From assembly GCA_037127735.1 (NCBI GenBank), contig JBAXXU010000007.1:1023-65022 (forward strand): DNA of 64,000 nucleotides, read 5' to 3'. This stretch comes from Bacteroidota bacterium (lineage in GTDB: Bacteria > Bacteroidota > Bacteroidia > Bacteroidales > VadinHA17). The notes under the pieces are model-generated. The model ran no database searches, was not told the origin of the DNA, and worked only from the letters and a program-made list of their open reading frames with translations. A program made the translations under genes and the position numbers. Shown in pieces: positions 28,731 through 40,720 of the stretch. The number at the start of each line of letters is the position of its first letter. The stretch's first letter is position 1.

Positions 28731-31700
28731 ATGTCCTCAAAAAATACCGAAAGAATAAGTTTCGCTTCCAGAAAAAATCAGCTTGAATACCCTGATTTTC
28801 TGGAGATTCAGTTGAAATCCTTCGGGGAGTTCTTTCAGCTTGGAACTACTCCCGAAAACAGAAAAAAAGAGGGACTATTCAAGGTCTTTACCGAGAATTT
28901 CCCTATAACTGATACAAGGAACAATTTCGTTCTTGAATTTCTGGATTATTATATCGACCCTCCGCGTTATACCATAGAAGAGTGTATCGAACGCGGTCTG
29001 ACTTTCAGCATTCCTCTCAAAGCTAAACTAAAACTTTACTGTACCGACCCCGAACATGAGGATTTTGATACAGTTATCCAGGATGTATATCTTGGAACCG
29101 TACCGTATATGACAGACCGCGCTACATTTGTTATTAATGGCGCTGAAAGAGTCGTGGTTTCTCAGTTGCACAGATCACCGGGAGTCTTCTTTGGTCAAAG
29201 CATACACGCGAACGGAACTAAACTCTATTCTGCCAGGATCATTCCATTCAAAGGCTCCTGGATCGAATTTGCTACTGACATTAATAACGTTATGTATGCA
29301 TATATCGACAGAAAGAAAAAACTGCCGGTAACAACACTACTCCGAGCTATCGGATTCGAGAGCGACAAAGAGATACTCGAAATATTTAACCTTGCCGAAG
29401 AACATAAAGTATCGAAAACAAGTATCAAAAAACTCACCGGACGTAAACTGGCTGCCAGGGTACTGAAGACATGGGTCGAAGACTTTGTTGACGAAGATAC
29501 AGGTGAGGTGGTTTCAATAGAAAGAAATGAAGTAATCCTCGACAGGGAAACGGTTATAGAATCGGAGCATGTCGATATGATAGTTGATTCAGGTGCAAAA
29601 GCAATTCTTTTGCATAAAGACGATTCAACTCTCTCGGATTTTGCGATAATATATAACACACTTCAGAAAGATCCCTGTAACTCTGAAAAAGAGGCAGTTA
29701 TCTATATTTACCGTCAACTGCGCAACGCCGAACCACCCGATGAAGCAACAGCTCGCGATGTAATAGACAAACTCTTCTTCTCCGATAAGAGATATGACCT
29801 TGGCGAGGTCGGTCGCTACAGGATTAATAAGAAACTGGGTCTTAATACCGAAATGAATGTTAAAATTCTTACCCGCGAAGATATCATCAAGATCATCGGA
29901 TACCTGATCGAACTTATTAACTCAAAGACCGATATAGACGATATTGACCACCTGAGTAACAGAAGGGTTCGTACCGTCGGAGAGCAATTATATTCGCAGT
30001 TTGGAGTTGGTCTTGCCCGTATGGCCCGTACAATTCGCGAAAGAATGAACGTGAGAGATAATGAGGTGTTTACACCGGTTGACCTGATTAATTCAAAAAC
30101 CCTTTCATCAGTAATAAACTCTTTCTTCGGAACAAACGCCCTTTCGCAGTTCATGGATCAGACCAACCCGCTTGCTGAAATGACACATAAACGTCGTTTA
30201 TCAGCCCTGGGACCAGGAGGACTTTCACGCGAGAGAGCAGGATTTGAGGTAAGAGACGTTCACTATACCCATTACGGGCGCCTTTGCCCGATAGAAACAC
30301 CTGAAGGACCAAACATCGGTCTTATATCATCTCTCTGCGTCTATGCTAAAATAAATTCTCTGGGATTTATTGAAACACCTTATCGTTCCGTTATACACAG
30401 CAGCGAAATTAATGTAAATGACAAAGTTCCCCACTCATCTGTTGACTTCTCCAATGAAGGAGTCGTGTGGCTCAGCGCGGAGGAGGAAGAGGAAAAAATG
30501 ATAGCACAGGCAAATGCGCCTCTAAATAAAGATGGCTCTTTTACTGATGCAAGAGTGAAATGCAGATATGAAGCTGACTATCCTTTTGAAGAAAACCACA
30601 AGGTTGACCTTATGGATGTTGCTCCAAACCAGATTGCATCAATAGCTGCTTCTCTTATCCCATTCCTTGAACATGACGATGCCAACAGGGCCCTCATGGG
30701 ATCAAACATGATGCGTCAGGCTGTCCCTCTCATTAGTCCGGATGCTCCGATAGTTGGAACAGGTCTTGAAGCACAGGTGATTAGCGACAGCAGGATACTT
30801 TATGCCGCGGAAGGCGATGGGGTAGTCGAATTCGTCGATTCAAATGAAATTGTTATCAGGTACACGCGCACTGATGAGGAGAAGTTCGTGAGCTTCGATG
30901 ACGACATAAAGCGTTATACTCTTCCAAAATATAAAAAGACAAACCAGAATACATGTATCAACCTTATACCCGTGGTCAGAAAAGGTGAAAAAGTAACCAA
31001 AGGCCAGGTGCTTACAGAAGGTTATGGTACCAAACATGGTGAACTGGCGCTCGGCAGAAACCTCAAAGTGGCTTTTATGCCATGGAAAGGTTATAATTTC
31101 GAAGATGCAATAGTTATCTCTGAGAAAGTCGTTCAGGAAGATTATTTCACATCGGTGCATATAGATGAATACCAGCTTGAGGTGCGCGATACAAAACGCG
31201 GCCTTGAGGAACTTACAGCTGATATACCTAACGTGAGCGAGGAAGCTACTAAAAACCTCGATGAGAATGGTCTTATCAGGATAGGCGCACATATCCGCCC
31301 GGGAGATATACTTATCGGCAAAATCACACCAAAAGGTGAATCAGATCCTTCACCTGAAGAAAAACTGCTCCGCGCTATCTTCGGTGATAAAGCGGGCGAC
31401 GTAAAAGATGCCTCTCTTAAAGCAGGTCCTTCTCTCGAAGGAGTCGTTATAGATAAAAAACTGTTCACGAGAGCTATCAAAGACAGAAAAGCCAAAGCGG
31501 TGGAAAAACCATTGCTCGACAAAATTGAAACTGAATTCAACAGAAGCGCAGATGATCTTAAATTAAGGCTTGTTGATAAACTTTTTATTCTTGTAAATGG
31601 AAAAACTTCGCAGGGTGTTAAGGATTATCTGAATGTTGATGTCATTCCAAAAGGAAGTAAGTTCACACTGAAACAGCTCCAGGAGGTTGATTTTCTGAAT

Positions 31701-32576
31701 GTTAATCCCAATAAGTGGACTACCGACAAGAAAAAAAATGATAGTATCAAGCTGCTTCTTCATAACTATATCATTAAACATAAGGAGATTGACGGCGTTT
31801 ACAAACGTAGAAAATACAATATTACAATCGGTGATGAACTGCCGGCAGGTATTGTTCGTCTTGCAAAAGTTTATATTGCCAAGAAAAGAAAAGTGAAGGT
31901 GGGCGATAAAATGGCCGGACGCCATGGTAACAAAGGTATTGTTGCAAGGATAGTACGCGCTGAAGATATGCCTTTCCTTGAAGATGGCACCCCGGTTGAT
32001 ATTGTACTTAACCCACTCGGTGTACCATCGAGGATGAACCTCGGACAGATTTATGAAACTGTTCTTGGGTGGGCAGGCCAGAAACTCGGACTCCGGTTCT
32101 CAACACCGATTTTCGATGGCGCTACTATTAGTCAGATCAATGAATATACCCAGGAGGCAAAACTTCCGAAGTATGGAAAGACTTACCTCTACGATGGTGG
32201 CACAGGCGAAAGATTCGACCAACCTGCAACAGTAGGCGTTATTTATATGCTTAAACTTGGCCATATGGTTGACGATAAGATGCATGCCCGTTCAATAGGA
32301 CCTTACTCGCTTATTACACAACAACCGTTAGGCGGTAAAGCTCAGTTTGGAGGTCAGCGCTTTGGTGAAATGGAAGTTTGGGCCCTCGAAGCATTTGGCG
32401 CTGCTCATATCCTCCAGGAGATACTTACAATTAAATCTGACGACGTCGTTGGCCGCGCCAAAGCTTATGAAGCAATCGTGAAAGGCGAACCTATGCCTTT
32501 GCCGGGTATTCCCGAATCATTAAATGTTCTTTTGCACGAACTGAGAGGTCTTGGACTGAGCATAATACTTGATTAA
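28731..32576 (+). CDS. rpoB: DNA-directed RNA polymerase subunit beta
   Basis: 1281 aa; [12 protein letters not shown]. Confidence 0.98.
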   Translation: MSSKNTERISFASRKNQLEYPDFLEIQLKSFGEFFQLGTTPENRKKEGLFKVFTENFPITDTRNNFVLEFLDYYIDPPRYTIEECIERGLTFSIPLKAKLKLYCTDPEHEDFDTVIQDVYLGTVPYMTDRATFVINGAERVVVSQLHRSPGVFFGQSIHANGTKLYSARIIPFKGSWIEFATDINNVMYAYIDRKKKLPVTTLLRAIGFESDKEILEIFNLAEEHKVSKTSIKKLTGRKLAARVLKTWVEDFVDEDTGEVVSIERNEVILDRETVIESEHVDMIVDSGAKAILLHKDDSTLSDFAIIYNTLQKDPCNSEKEAVIYIYRQLRNAEPPDEATARDVIDKLFFSDKRYDLGEVGRYRINKKLGLNTEMNVKILTREDIIKIIGYLIELINSKTDIDDIDHLSNRRVRTVGEQLYSQFGVGLARMARTIRERMNVRDNEVFTPVDLINSKTLSSVINSFFGTNALSQFMDQTNPLAEMTHKRRLSALGPGGLSRERAGFEVRDVHYTHYGRLCPIETPEGPNIGLISSLCVYAKINSLGFIETPYRSVIHSSEINVNDKVPHSSVDFSNEGVVWLSAEEEEEKMIAQANAPLNKDGSFTDARVKCRYEADYPFEENHKVDLMDVAPNQIASIAASLIPFLEHDDANRALMGSNMMRQAVPLISPDAPIVGTGLEAQVISDSRILYAAEGDGVVEFVDSNEIVIRYTRTDEEKFVSFDDDIKRYTLPKYKKTNQNTCINLIPVVRKGEKVTKGQVLTEGYGTKHGELALGRNLKVAFMPWKGYNFEDAIVISEKVVQEDYFTSVHIDEYQLEVRDTKRGLEELTADIPNVSEEATKNLDENGLIRIGAHIRPGDILIGKITPKGESDPSPEEKLLRAIFGDKAGDVKDASLKAGPSLEGVVIDKKLFTRAIKDRKAKAVEKPLLDKIETEFNRSADDLKLRLVDKLFILVNGKTSQGVKDYLNVDVIPKGSKFTLKQLQEVDFLNVNPNKWTTDKKKNDSIKLLLHNYIIKHKEIDGVYKRRKYNITIGDELPAGIVRLAKVYIAKKRKVKVGDKMAGRHGNKGIVARIVRAEDMPFLEDGTPVDIVLNPLGVPSRMNLGQIYETVLGWAGQKLGLRFSTPIFDGATISQINEYTQEAKLPKYGKTYLYDGGTGERFDQPATVGVIYMLKLGHMVDDKMHARSIGPYSLITQQPLGGKAQFGGQRFGEMEVWALEAFGAAHILQEILTIKSDDVVGRAKAYEAIVKGEPMPLPGIPESLNVLLHELRGLGLSIILD

Positions 32577-32629
32577 GTATTTAGCAAGGGTTTGAATTTT
32601 TAGTTTTAGAATAAAAAAATATTCAGAAT

Positions 32630-35600
32630 ATGTCATTCAGAAGAGACAACAAAACAAAGATCAGTTACTCAAAAATCTCCATAGGTCTTGCTTCACCTGA
32701 AGAAATACTTGATCGCTCAAGTGGTGAAGTGCTAAAGCCTGAAACAATAAATTACCGTACATATAAACCTGAACGCGATGGATTATTCTGCGAAAGGATT
32801 TTTGGCCCGGTAAAAGATTACGAGTGCCATTGCGGAAAATACAAAAGAATCCGTTATAAAGGAATCGTTTGCGACCGCTGCGGTGTGGAGGTTACAGAAA
32901 AGAAAGTTCGTCGCGAAAGAATGGGACACATTTCTCTTGTTGTTCCTGTTGCTCACATCTGGTATTTCCGTTCCCTGCCTAATAAAATAGGGTATCTTCT
33001 CGGCCTTCCAACAAAAAAACTCGATTCTATAATCTATTATGAGAGATATGTCGTTATCAACCCTGGCCTGAAAGCAGTGGATGGTGTCAAATATCTCGAT
33101 TTTCTGACAGAAGAGGAATATCTCGAGGTCACAGAATCACTTCCAAAAGAAAACCAATACCTCGAGGATAACCACCCTGATAAGTTTATTGCTGATATGG
33201 GTGCTGAGGCTCTTTATAAACTTCTCAGCCGTATCAATCTTGACGATATGTCTTATTCTCTTCGTGACAAAGCTAATACTGAAACATCTCAACAACGTAA
33301 AAATGAGGCTCTTAAGCGCCTTCAGGTTGTTGAAGCTTTCAGAGATTCCAGCCATGTTAACAAACCTGAATGGATGATCATTAAGGTTGTACCTGTCATT
33401 CCTCCTGAATTGAGGCCTCTTGTTCCTCTCGATGGCGGACGATTTGCAACCAGCGACCTGAATGATCTTTACAGGAGGGTGATAATAAGAAACAATCGTC
33501 TTAAAAGACTTATTGAGATCAAAGCCCCGGAAGTGATACTGCGTAACGAAAAACGCATGCTTCAGGAAGCTGTTGATTCTCTTTTCGATAACTCGCGTAA
33601 AGCAAATGCTGTAAAGACAGATGCTAACCGCCCACTTAAATCGTTGAGCGATAGCTTGAAAGGCAAACAGGGAAGGTTTCGTCAGAACCTGCTTGGTAAA
33701 AGAGTTGACTACTCCGCGCGTTCCGTGATTGTTGTTGGCCCTGAACTCGCATTGCACGAATGTGGTTTACCTAAAGATATGGCTGCTGAACTTTTTAAGC
33801 CATTCATTATACGTAAACTGATAGAACGCGGAATAGTAAAAACAGTTAAGTCGGCAAAGAAAATCGTTGACAGGAAAGATCCTGTTGTATGGGATATACT
33901 TGAAAACGTACTTAAAGGACATCCGGTTCTCCTGAACCGTGCACCTACACTTCACAGGCTTGGTATTCAGGCTTTTCAACCTAAACTAATCGAAGGGAAA
34001 GCTATACAGCTCCATCCTCTTGTCTGTACCGCTTTTAATGCTGACTTCGATGGTGACCAAATGGCTGTTCACCTTCCTCTTGGCAACGGTGCAGTTCTTG
34101 AAGCTCAGATGCTGATGCTTGCTTCACATAATATTCTTAACCCGGCCAACGGCGCCCCGATAACTGTTCCTTCACAGGACATGGTTCTTGGTCTTTATTA
34201 CATTACCAAAGGAAGAAAACATACCGAGACCGAAAAGGTAAGAGGTGAGGGGCTTATATTCTACTCTCCTGAAGAGGTCAATATTGCATACAACGAAGGA
34301 CAGATTGATCTTCACGCGTACATTAAAGTTAAAGTCAACGACAGGAAAGATGGCGAGTTTGTTAACCACCTCGTTGAAACCACTGTCGGAAGGGTTATTT
34401 TCAATCAGTATGTGCCTTTTGAAGTCGGATATATCAACGAGATACTAACAAAAAAATCATTAAGGGATATAATCGGACGGGTTCTCAAACTGGCAGGGAC
34501 AGCAAAAACTGCTGATTTTCTTGATGCAATTAAAAACCTCGGATTCTATTCCGCTTTCAGAGGCGGTTTGTCATTTAACCTCGATGATGTTATCATCCCC
34601 GAGGAAAAGACAATATTCGTTAACGAGGGATATGAGCAGGTTGAAGAGGTAATGAATAACTACAGTATGGGATTCATTACCAATAACGAACGGTATAATC
34701 AGATAATTGATATCTGGACACACGTCAATGCAAGGCTTACACAAACACTGATGAAGCAGTTGTCGAATGATAAACAGGGGTTCAATTCTGTTTATATGAT
34801 GCTCGATTCAGGCGCAAGGGGGTCAAAGGAACAGATACGCCAGCTTTCAGGCATGAGGGGTCTTATGGCAAAACCGCAGAAATCAGGCTCATCAGGTTCC
34901 GAGATCATTGAAAACCCGATCCTGTCAAACTTTAAAGAGGGATTGTCGGTTCTTGAATATTTTATTTCTACACACGGAGCGCGTAAAGGTCTTGCCGATA
35001 CAGCTCTGAAAACAGCCGATGCCGGGTATCTCACACGTCGTCTTGTTGATGTTTCACAGGATGTTATCATTAATGAAGAAGACTGCGGTACTCTGAGAGG
35101 ATTGGTGGCAACGGCTATCAAGAAGAATGAGGAAGTTGTTGAATCACTGTACGAAAGAGTCCTCGGCCGGACAACTGTTCATAACATATACCACCCGCTT
35201 ACCGGCGAACTGATTGTTGAATCAGGACAGGAACTTACTGAAGACGTTGCCAGGAAAATTGAAGATTCTCCGATTGAGCAGGTTGAGATACGTTCAGTTC
35301 TCACCTGCGAATCAAAAAAAGGAGTATGTGCAAAATGCTATGGCCGTAACCTCGCTAACGGACGCATGGTTCAGAAAGGCGAAGCAGTTGGTGTTATAGC
35401 TGCTCAAAGTATTGGCGAACCAGGTACTCAGCTGACACTCCGTACGTTCCACGTTGGCGGTACAGCATCGAACATTACTACCGAATCGAGGCTTGTTGCA
35501 CGCTACGGTGGTATTGCTGAAATAGAGGAGATCAGAACAGTTCCTAAAAAAGATATCGAAAAAGGTGAAATTGATATAGTTATCGGACGTCTTGCAGAAT

Positions 35601-36922
35601 TAAGAATAATTGACAAGAAGACAAGCATCGCCCTTACAACACATACAATACCTTATGGCTCGAAACTTTATATTAAGCCCGGACAGGAAATTGAAAAAGG
35701 TAAACTTATTTGTGAATGGGATCCTTTTAATGCCGTTATTATTTCTGAAATGACCGGAAAGATCGGATATGACTTTCTGATCGAAGGTATTACATTCCGT
35801 GAAGAGTCTGATGAGCAGACCGGATTTAAAGAGAAAGTAATTATTGAGAGCAGAGACAAAACAAAGAACCCGGCAATAAAAATATTAAACCCAAAAGGAG
35901 AGGAGCTCAGGGTGTATAACCTTCCTGTTGGTTCTCACCTTGTTGTTGATACAAATAAGATGGTAGAAGCCGGCGAAGTGCTTGCTAAAATTCCGCGGGC
36001 TGTTGGAAAATCGGGCGATATAACCGGTGGTCTGCCACGCGTTACCGAACTATTTGAAGCACGTAATCCATCTAACCCGGCAATAGTATCGGAAATAGAC
36101 GGTGAAGTAACATTCGGAAAAATTAAAAGAGGTAACAGGGAAATATCAATCAAATCAAAAACTGAGGAGACTAAAAAATACCTCGTACCTCTCTCAAAGC
36201 AGATACTTGTTCAGGAAAATGATTATGTAAAGGCAGGTATTCCACTTTCAGACGGCGCGATAACTCCTTCCGATATCCTTGCAATTAAAGGACCCACGAA
36301 GGTTCAGGAATATATCGTGAATGAGATTCAGGAGGTTTATCGCCTTCAGGGTGTTAAGATAAATGATAAACACTTTGAAATCATCGTCCGCCAGATGATG
36401 CGCAAGGTGGAGATTGTTGATCCGGGCGATACAAAATTTCTTGAAAGACAGGTTGTTGATAAACTGGATTTCATGGATGAAAATGATTGGATATACGGAA
36501 AAAAAGTGATTGAACTGGCCGGTGATTCTCAAACCCTTCGGGCAGGTATGATCATATCAGCGCGTAAACTCAGAGATGATAATTCTGTACTTAAACGCCG
36601 TGACCTGAAGATTGTTGAAGCAAGAGATGCTGTTCCTGCAACTTCAAGCCAGGTATTGCAGGGTATTACAAGAGCAGCGCTTCAGACTAACAGCTTCTTC
36701 TCAGCTGCCTCCTTCCAGGAAACAACAAAAGTACTGAACGAAGCCGCGATATTAGGCAAGGTTGACAGGCTCGAAGGACTGAAGGAAAATGTTATCGTCG
36801 GGCATCTTATCCCGGCAGGAACAGGACAACGCCAATATAATGGCATAATAGTCGGTTCCCTCGAGGAGTATGAGAGCCTTGTTGGCGTTGAACACGAAAC
36901 TGAGCCCAGACAAAAAAAATAA
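32630..36922 (+). CDS. rpoC: DNA-directed RNA polymerase subunit beta'
   Basis: 1430 aa. Zinc motif CHCGKY..C..CGVEV; catalytic NADFDGDQM. Confidence 0.98.
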   Translation: MSFRRDNKTKISYSKISIGLASPEEILDRSSGEVLKPETINYRTYKPERDGLFCERIFGPVKDYECHCGKYKRIRYKGIVCDRCGVEVTEKKVRRERMGHISLVVPVAHIWYFRSLPNKIGYLLGLPTKKLDSIIYYERYVVINPGLKAVDGVKYLDFLTEEEYLEVTESLPKENQYLEDNHPDKFIADMGAEALYKLLSRINLDDMSYSLRDKANTETSQQRKNEALKRLQVVEAFRDSSHVNKPEWMIIKVVPVIPPELRPLVPLDGGRFATSDLNDLYRRVIIRNNRLKRLIEIKAPEVILRNEKRMLQEAVDSLFDNSRKANAVKTDANRPLKSLSDSLKGKQGRFRQNLLGKRVDYSARSVIVVGPELALHECGLPKDMAAELFKPFIIRKLIERGIVKTVKSAKKIVDRKDPVVWDILENVLKGHPVLLNRAPTLHRLGIQAFQPKLIEGKAIQLHPLVCTAFNADFDGDQMAVHLPLGNGAVLEAQMLMLASHNILNPANGAPITVPSQDMVLGLYYITKGRKHTETEKVRGEGLIFYSPEEVNIAYNEGQIDLHAYIKVKVNDRKDGEFVNHLVETTVGRVIFNQYVPFEVGYINEILTKKSLRDIIGRVLKLAGTAKTADFLDAIKNLGFYSAFRGGLSFNLDDVIIPEEKTIFVNEGYEQVEEVMNNYSMGFITNNERYNQIIDIWTHVNARLTQTLMKQLSNDKQGFNSVYMMLDSGARGSKEQIRQLSGMRGLMAKPQKSGSSGSEIIENPILSNFKEGLSVLEYFISTHGARKGLADTALKTADAGYLTRRLVDVSQDVIINEEDCGTLRGLVATAIKKNEEVVESLYERVLGRTTVHNIYHPLTGELIVESGQELTEDVARKIEDSPIEQVEIRSVLTCESKKGVCAKCYGRNLANGRMVQKGEAVGVIAAQSIGEPGTQLTLRTFHVGGTASNITTESRLVARYGGIAEIEEIRTVPKKDIEKGEIDIVIGRLAELRIIDKKTSIALTTHTIPYGSKLYIKPGQEIEKGKLICEWDPFNAVIISEMTGKIGYDFLIEGITFREESDEQTGFKEKVIIESRDKTKNPAIKILNPKGEELRVYNLPVGSHLVVDTNKMVEAGEVLAKIPRAVGKSGDITGGLPRVTELFEARNPSNPAIVSEIDGEVTFGKIKRGNREISIKSKTEETKKYLVPLSKQILVQENDYVKAGIPLSDGAITPSDILAIKGPTKVQEYIVNEIQEVYRLQGVKINDKHFEIIVRQMMRKVEIVDPGDTKFLERQVVDKLDFMDENDWIYGKKVIELAGDSQTLRAGMIISARKLRDDNSVLKRRDLKIVEARDAVPATSSQVLQGITRAALQTNSFFSAASFQETTKVLNEAAILGKVDRLEGLKENVIVGHLIPAGTGQRQYNGIIVGSLEEYESLVGVEHETEPRQKK

Positions 36923-36940
36923 ATCTTATTATTTACGGCA

Positions 36941-37258
36941 ATGACAGAACCCAAGAACCCCGCACAGATCAGTATTGAGCTGAATGAAGAAGTTGCTCAG
37001 GGAACTTATTCGAACCTTGCAGTTATAACCCATTCAGCATCTGAATTCGTAATTGACTTTATCAGAATAATGCCGGGGATACCTAAGGCACAGGTAAAGT
37101 CGAGGATAATACTTACTCCTGAACACGCGAAAAGACTTGTTGCAGCGCTTCAGGATAATATCGCCAAATATGAGTCTGTTCATGGGGATATTAAAGAAGT
37201 GAAAGGATCGGGTCCCGCGATGCCATTAACTTTCGGCGGTCCGACGGCCCAGGCATGA
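36941..37258 (+). CDS. DUF3467-like small protein, probably co-transcribed with rpoC
   Basis: Starts 19 nt after the rpoC stop. GTYSNLAVITHSASEFVIDFI pattern. Confidence 0.6.
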   Translation: MTEPKNPAQISIELNEEVAQGTYSNLAVITHSASEFVIDFIRIMPGIPKAQVKSRIILTPEHAKRLVAALQDNIAKYESVHGDIKEVKGSGPAMPLTFGGPTAQA

Positions 37259-37313
37259 AATAAAAATTTACTTTGTCCGTTGAATACTATTAACTGCAAA
37301 AGATAAATCTGAA

Positions 37314-37715
37314 ATGAGAGGACATATTATAAGAAAATTCCTGGTCGTACTGATAATTATTGCACCTGTTTTCTCCTATTCAGGTTGCAAGAAACAGGCA
37401 AAATGCGGTTGCGATGGAGATACCCTTTATACGCTTACTAATGCGCAGGCAACAGTTTATTATAATGAGACAAAGACAAGTATCACCTTCACAACATTAA
37501 CTGATCCATATTCTACATACAATTTCTGCAACCCGGGTGAAATGGCCCCAAAATTTGATGACTATAAATCAGGCGATGTACTCCTCGTGTCGGGTCATGT
37601 TTTCTGGGAATGTAATTATCTATACCAGTCAAGTAATTATTCATATCAGACATATTATAAGGTATATATGATTCAGGTTACTGATGTAACCGTGGATCTA
37701 TATGGAAAAAAATAA
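37314..37715 (+). CDS. lipoprotein, unknown function
   Basis: Lipobox-like VFSYSGC after a signal peptide. Confidence 0.5.
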   Translation: MRGHIIRKFLVVLIIIAPVFSYSGCKKQAKCGCDGDTLYTLTNAQATVYYNETKTSITFTTLTDPYSTYNFCNPGEMAPKFDDYKSGDVLLVSGHVFWECNYLYQSSNYSYQTYYKVYMIQVTDVTVDLYGKK

Positions 37716-37747
37716 TTCTTGTTTTGTATATTTCAGAAAATTCAGAA

Positions 37748-38527
37748 ATGTATCAATACAATATATCTTTTGCAGGAGCAGGCAGAGTGGCCAAAGCTTT
37801 ATGCAGCGAGATGTATTCTGCCGGCCACAATATCGGTTTGATAGTTTCCGAATCTGAAAAAAGCGGCGCCTTACTGGCTGATCTATGCAAAGCCCGGTGG
37901 TCTCAAAACCTTGTGTTTTCCGATTCTACTAATATTGTAATAGTTGCAGTTCCTGACCACAGGTTGAAAAGCGTACTTGATAAAATAAAATGCAGACCCG
38001 GAACATTAGTTGCTCATACGGCAGGTAGTATTGGTCTTGATGTTTTTCCTGAACAAATTTTGCAAAAGGGTATTTTTTATCCGTTGCAAACATTTTCTGT
38101 GGAACGAAAAATCAATTTCAAAGATCTTCCTTTTTTTCTCGAATCATCAGACAAACAATCAGCTGATATTCTGAAAAACCTTACGGAATCTATTGGCGCT
38201 AAGGCTCATTTTACTGATACTGAACACAGGAGGATCCTTCATCTTGCTGCCGTATTTGTCTGTAATTTTACAAATCACATGCTTACGGCAGGAAAGGAAT
38301 TAGCCATCAAAGCAGGCTTCCCCTTTGAAGTCATCAGGCCATTAATTATTGAAACTTATTTAAAAGCGATGGATAACGGGCCGGAAAACTCTCAGACCGG
38401 ACCTGCAATACGAAATGATCAGAATACGATTGAAACACATTTGAAATTACTATCTTTCTCACCCGAATTATACAAGATATACAATGAGATGACTCAGTCA
38501 ATAATTAAATACTATAAAAAATGCTGA
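37748..38527 (+). CDS. Rossmann-fold NAD(P)-binding protein with DUF2520-like C-terminus
   Basis: First ATG of ORF 37724..38527 gives MYQYNISFAGAGRVA (GxGxxA). Confidence 0.55.
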   Translation: MYQYNISFAGAGRVAKALCSEMYSAGHNIGLIVSESEKSGALLADLCKARWSQNLVFSDSTNIVIVAVPDHRLKSVLDKIKCRPGTLVAHTAGSIGLDVFPEQILQKGIFYPLQTFSVERKINFKDLPFFLESSDKQSADILKNLTESIGAKAHFTDTEHRRILHLAAVFVCNFTNHMLTAGKELAIKAGFPFEVIRPLIIETYLKAMDNGPENSQTGPAIRNDQNTIETHLKLLSFSPELYKIYNEMTQSIIKYYKKC

Positions 38528-38530
38528 TAA

Positions 38531-39052
38531 ATGGCTAACTTTAAGGAAGATCTTGTAAATGTAAAGGCCTTTGTTTTTGATATTGACGGGGTATTGTCGC
38601 TGCAGACAATCAGCCTGAATGTTTTTGGCGTACCAAATAGAACTGTCAACCTTCGCGATGGTTACGCTATTCAGCTTGCCGTTAAAAAGGGATATAATAT
38701 TGGTGTTATTTCAGGAAGCAACGCGAAAGAATATCAAAAGAGGCTTAAGTCTCTTGGGGTAAGAGATATTTATCTGAACAGCCGGATAAAAATGGACCAT
38801 TTTAATGCTTTTATTAAAAAACACAACCTCGATAAATCCGACGTGCTGTTCATGGGTGATGATATTCCTGATTTTGAAGTGATGAAAAAGGCCGGCGTTG
38901 CAGTCTGCCCTTCCGATGCAGACAGTGAAATTAAACAGGTCGCTGCTTATATTTCCGATAAGAAGGGCGGTGATGGTTGTGTAAGAGATGTTATTGAACA
39001 GGTATTGAGGCTTCATAACAACTGGATGGATACTGATGCATTTACATGGTAA
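38531..39052 (+). CDS. kdsC: HAD-IIIA phosphatase, KDO-8-phosphate phosphatase type
   Basis: FVFDIDGVL and MGDDIPD motifs. 173 aa. Confidence 0.75.
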   Translation: MANFKEDLVNVKAFVFDIDGVLSLQTISLNVFGVPNRTVNLRDGYAIQLAVKKGYNIGVISGSNAKEYQKRLKSLGVRDIYLNSRIKMDHFNAFIKKHNLDKSDVLFMGDDIPDFEVMKKAGVAVCPSDADSEIKQVAAYISDKKGGDGCVRDVIEQVLRLHNNWMDTDAFTW

Positions 39053-39055
39053 AAT

Positions 39056-40039
39056 ATGAAAGCATTTCTTAATCTGATCAGGTGGCAAAATCTTCTCATG
39101 GTGATCTTTACTATGGGGCTGATGAGATATGCGGTAATTGGGCCGTTAATCGGCAAAATAGGTGTAACATTACTTAATGGAACGGGAAAAGAAATTCCGA
39201 TGGTTCTTCAGCTTCCCTGGTATGACTTTCTGTTACTCGTTGCTGCCACTGTCTTCTTAACCGCTGCCGGATATGTAATAAATGATTATTTTGATATTAA
39301 AACTGACCTTATAAACAAAGGGAAGGTTATTGTAGGAACAAAAATTCCGAGACGCCAGGCAATGATGTGGCACAGCATTTTTAATATCGCAGGCGTGTCA
39401 ATCGGTTTCTATATTTCATGGAAAGCAGGTTATATATGGTTGGGAGCTATGTTTCTTATCGTCTCCGGCTTGCTCTATTTTTATTCAGCAAGCTATAAAA
39501 GACAGTTCCTGATTGGTAATATAATCGTAGCCATACTGACAGCTATGGTTCCCCTCCTGGTTGTTTTTTACGAATGGCCGGCTTTATATAAATATTATAC
39601 GTTAAATACTCCAGCCCTTCCTGACATAAACTTTATTTTCTACTGGGTAACCGGATTTGCCCTTTTTGCCTTTCTTACAACTCTTACCCGTGAAATAATC
39701 AAGGACATCGAAGATTTTGAAGGTGATGTTGCCTATGGAAGAAATTCAGTTCCTGTTGTAATCGGGGTACTACCTGCCAAGGTATTTTCTGTTACTCTTT
39801 TAATTATTACTATTGCTTTGCTTTACATTATATGGTATTTTTTTATTAATGATATCATAACACTTGTTTACCTTTCTGCTGCTATTGCTTTGCCTCTTCT
39901 GTATGTCATTTATAAGGTGGCAATCAGCAAAAACAGGAAGCAACTTCATTGTGCAAGCAGAATAATGAAAATTGTAATGGTTACCGGTATCCTTTACTCT
40001 GTTGTGGTAAAAGTAATACTTACCTGGAACCTGTTCTGA
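39056..40039 (+). CDS. UbiA-family prenyltransferase
   Basis: NDYFDIKTD (NDxxDxxxD). Polytopic, 327 aa. Confidence 0.8.
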   Translation: MKAFLNLIRWQNLLMVIFTMGLMRYAVIGPLIGKIGVTLLNGTGKEIPMVLQLPWYDFLLLVAATVFLTAAGYVINDYFDIKTDLINKGKVIVGTKIPRRQAMMWHSIFNIAGVSIGFYISWKAGYIWLGAMFLIVSGLLYFYSASYKRQFLIGNIIVAILTAMVPLLVVFYEWPALYKYYTLNTPALPDINFIFYWVTGFALFAFLTTLTREIIKDIEDFEGDVAYGRNSVPVVIGVLPAKVFSVTLLIITIALLYIIWYFFINDIITLVYLSAAIALPLLYVIYKVAISKNRKQLHCASRIMKIVMVTGILYSVVVKVILTWNLF

Positions 40040-40632
40040 TGATGACTGTTGACAACCTGAATAAGTATAAGATTGTCCTTGCTTCGCGTTCACCCCGAAG
40101 ACAGCAATTACTCAGGGAACTGGGTCTGAAATTTGATGTTGTAATTAAAGATTATAAAGAAACATATCCGGAAGGCCTTGTCGGTGAGGATATTGTTAAA
40201 TATGTCGCTCACGAAAAAGCAATCTCTTTCAGAAACGAAATATCAGATAATGAGATTGTTATTACAGCAGATACTATTGTCTGGCATAACAGTAAAGTTC
40301 TTGGTAAACCTATTGATTGTGAAGATGCAGTACGCATACTTAAAGAAATTTCCGGTAACACTCATGAGGTTATCACAGGTGTCTGCCTCTATTCCACTTC
40401 AAAAGAAAAGATATTTTCCGTCTCAACAAAGGTTACTTTCGAAACCCTTTCCGGGGAAGAGATAAACTATTATGTTGATAAATACAAACCGTACGATAAA
40501 GCCGGCGCTTACGGCATACAGGAGTGGATTGGTATAATTGCCTGCAGCCATATTGAAGGATCATATTTCAATGTTGTTGGTTTGCCGGTGCAGAGACTCT
40601 ATAAGGAACTTCAGAACTTCATACTGGAATAA
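40039..40632 (+). CDS. maf: Maf-family nucleoside triphosphate pyrophosphatase
   Basis: ATG overlaps the upstream TGA (TGATG). LASRSPRRQQLL and AGAYGIQ motifs. Confidence 0.85.
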   Translation: MMTVDNLNKYKIVLASRSPRRQQLLRELGLKFDVVIKDYKETYPEGLVGEDIVKYVAHEKAISFRNEISDNEIVITADTIVWHNSKVLGKPIDCEDAVRILKEISGNTHEVITGVCLYSTSKEKIFSVSTKVTFETLSGEEINYYVDKYKPYDKAGAYGIQEWIGIIACSHIEGSYFNVVGLPVQRLYKELQNFILE

Positions 40633-40633
40633 A

Positions 40634-40675
40634 GACAAAAGATAAAAGACAAAAGATAAAAGGGAAAGGTTGGGG
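40634..40675 (+). repeat. heptanucleotide tract directly after the maf stop codon
   Basis: GACAAAA GATAAAA GACAAAA GATAAAA GGGAAAG GTTGGGG in one register. Confidence 0.8.
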
Positions 40676-40720
40676 AGCGATTTAATGAAGACAAAATTTA
40701 AAAGAAATAATTAAATAGAT

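Noticed and set aside
28731-36922. Numerous 60-206-aa ORFs inside or antisense to rpoB and rpoC (for example 33137..33757 and 30840..31292)
   Set aside because: They lie entirely within two unambiguous, highly conserved genes, so they are shadow ORFs. The same reasoning applies to shadow ORFs within tuf, the hydrogenase genes, the MFS genes and others in the track.
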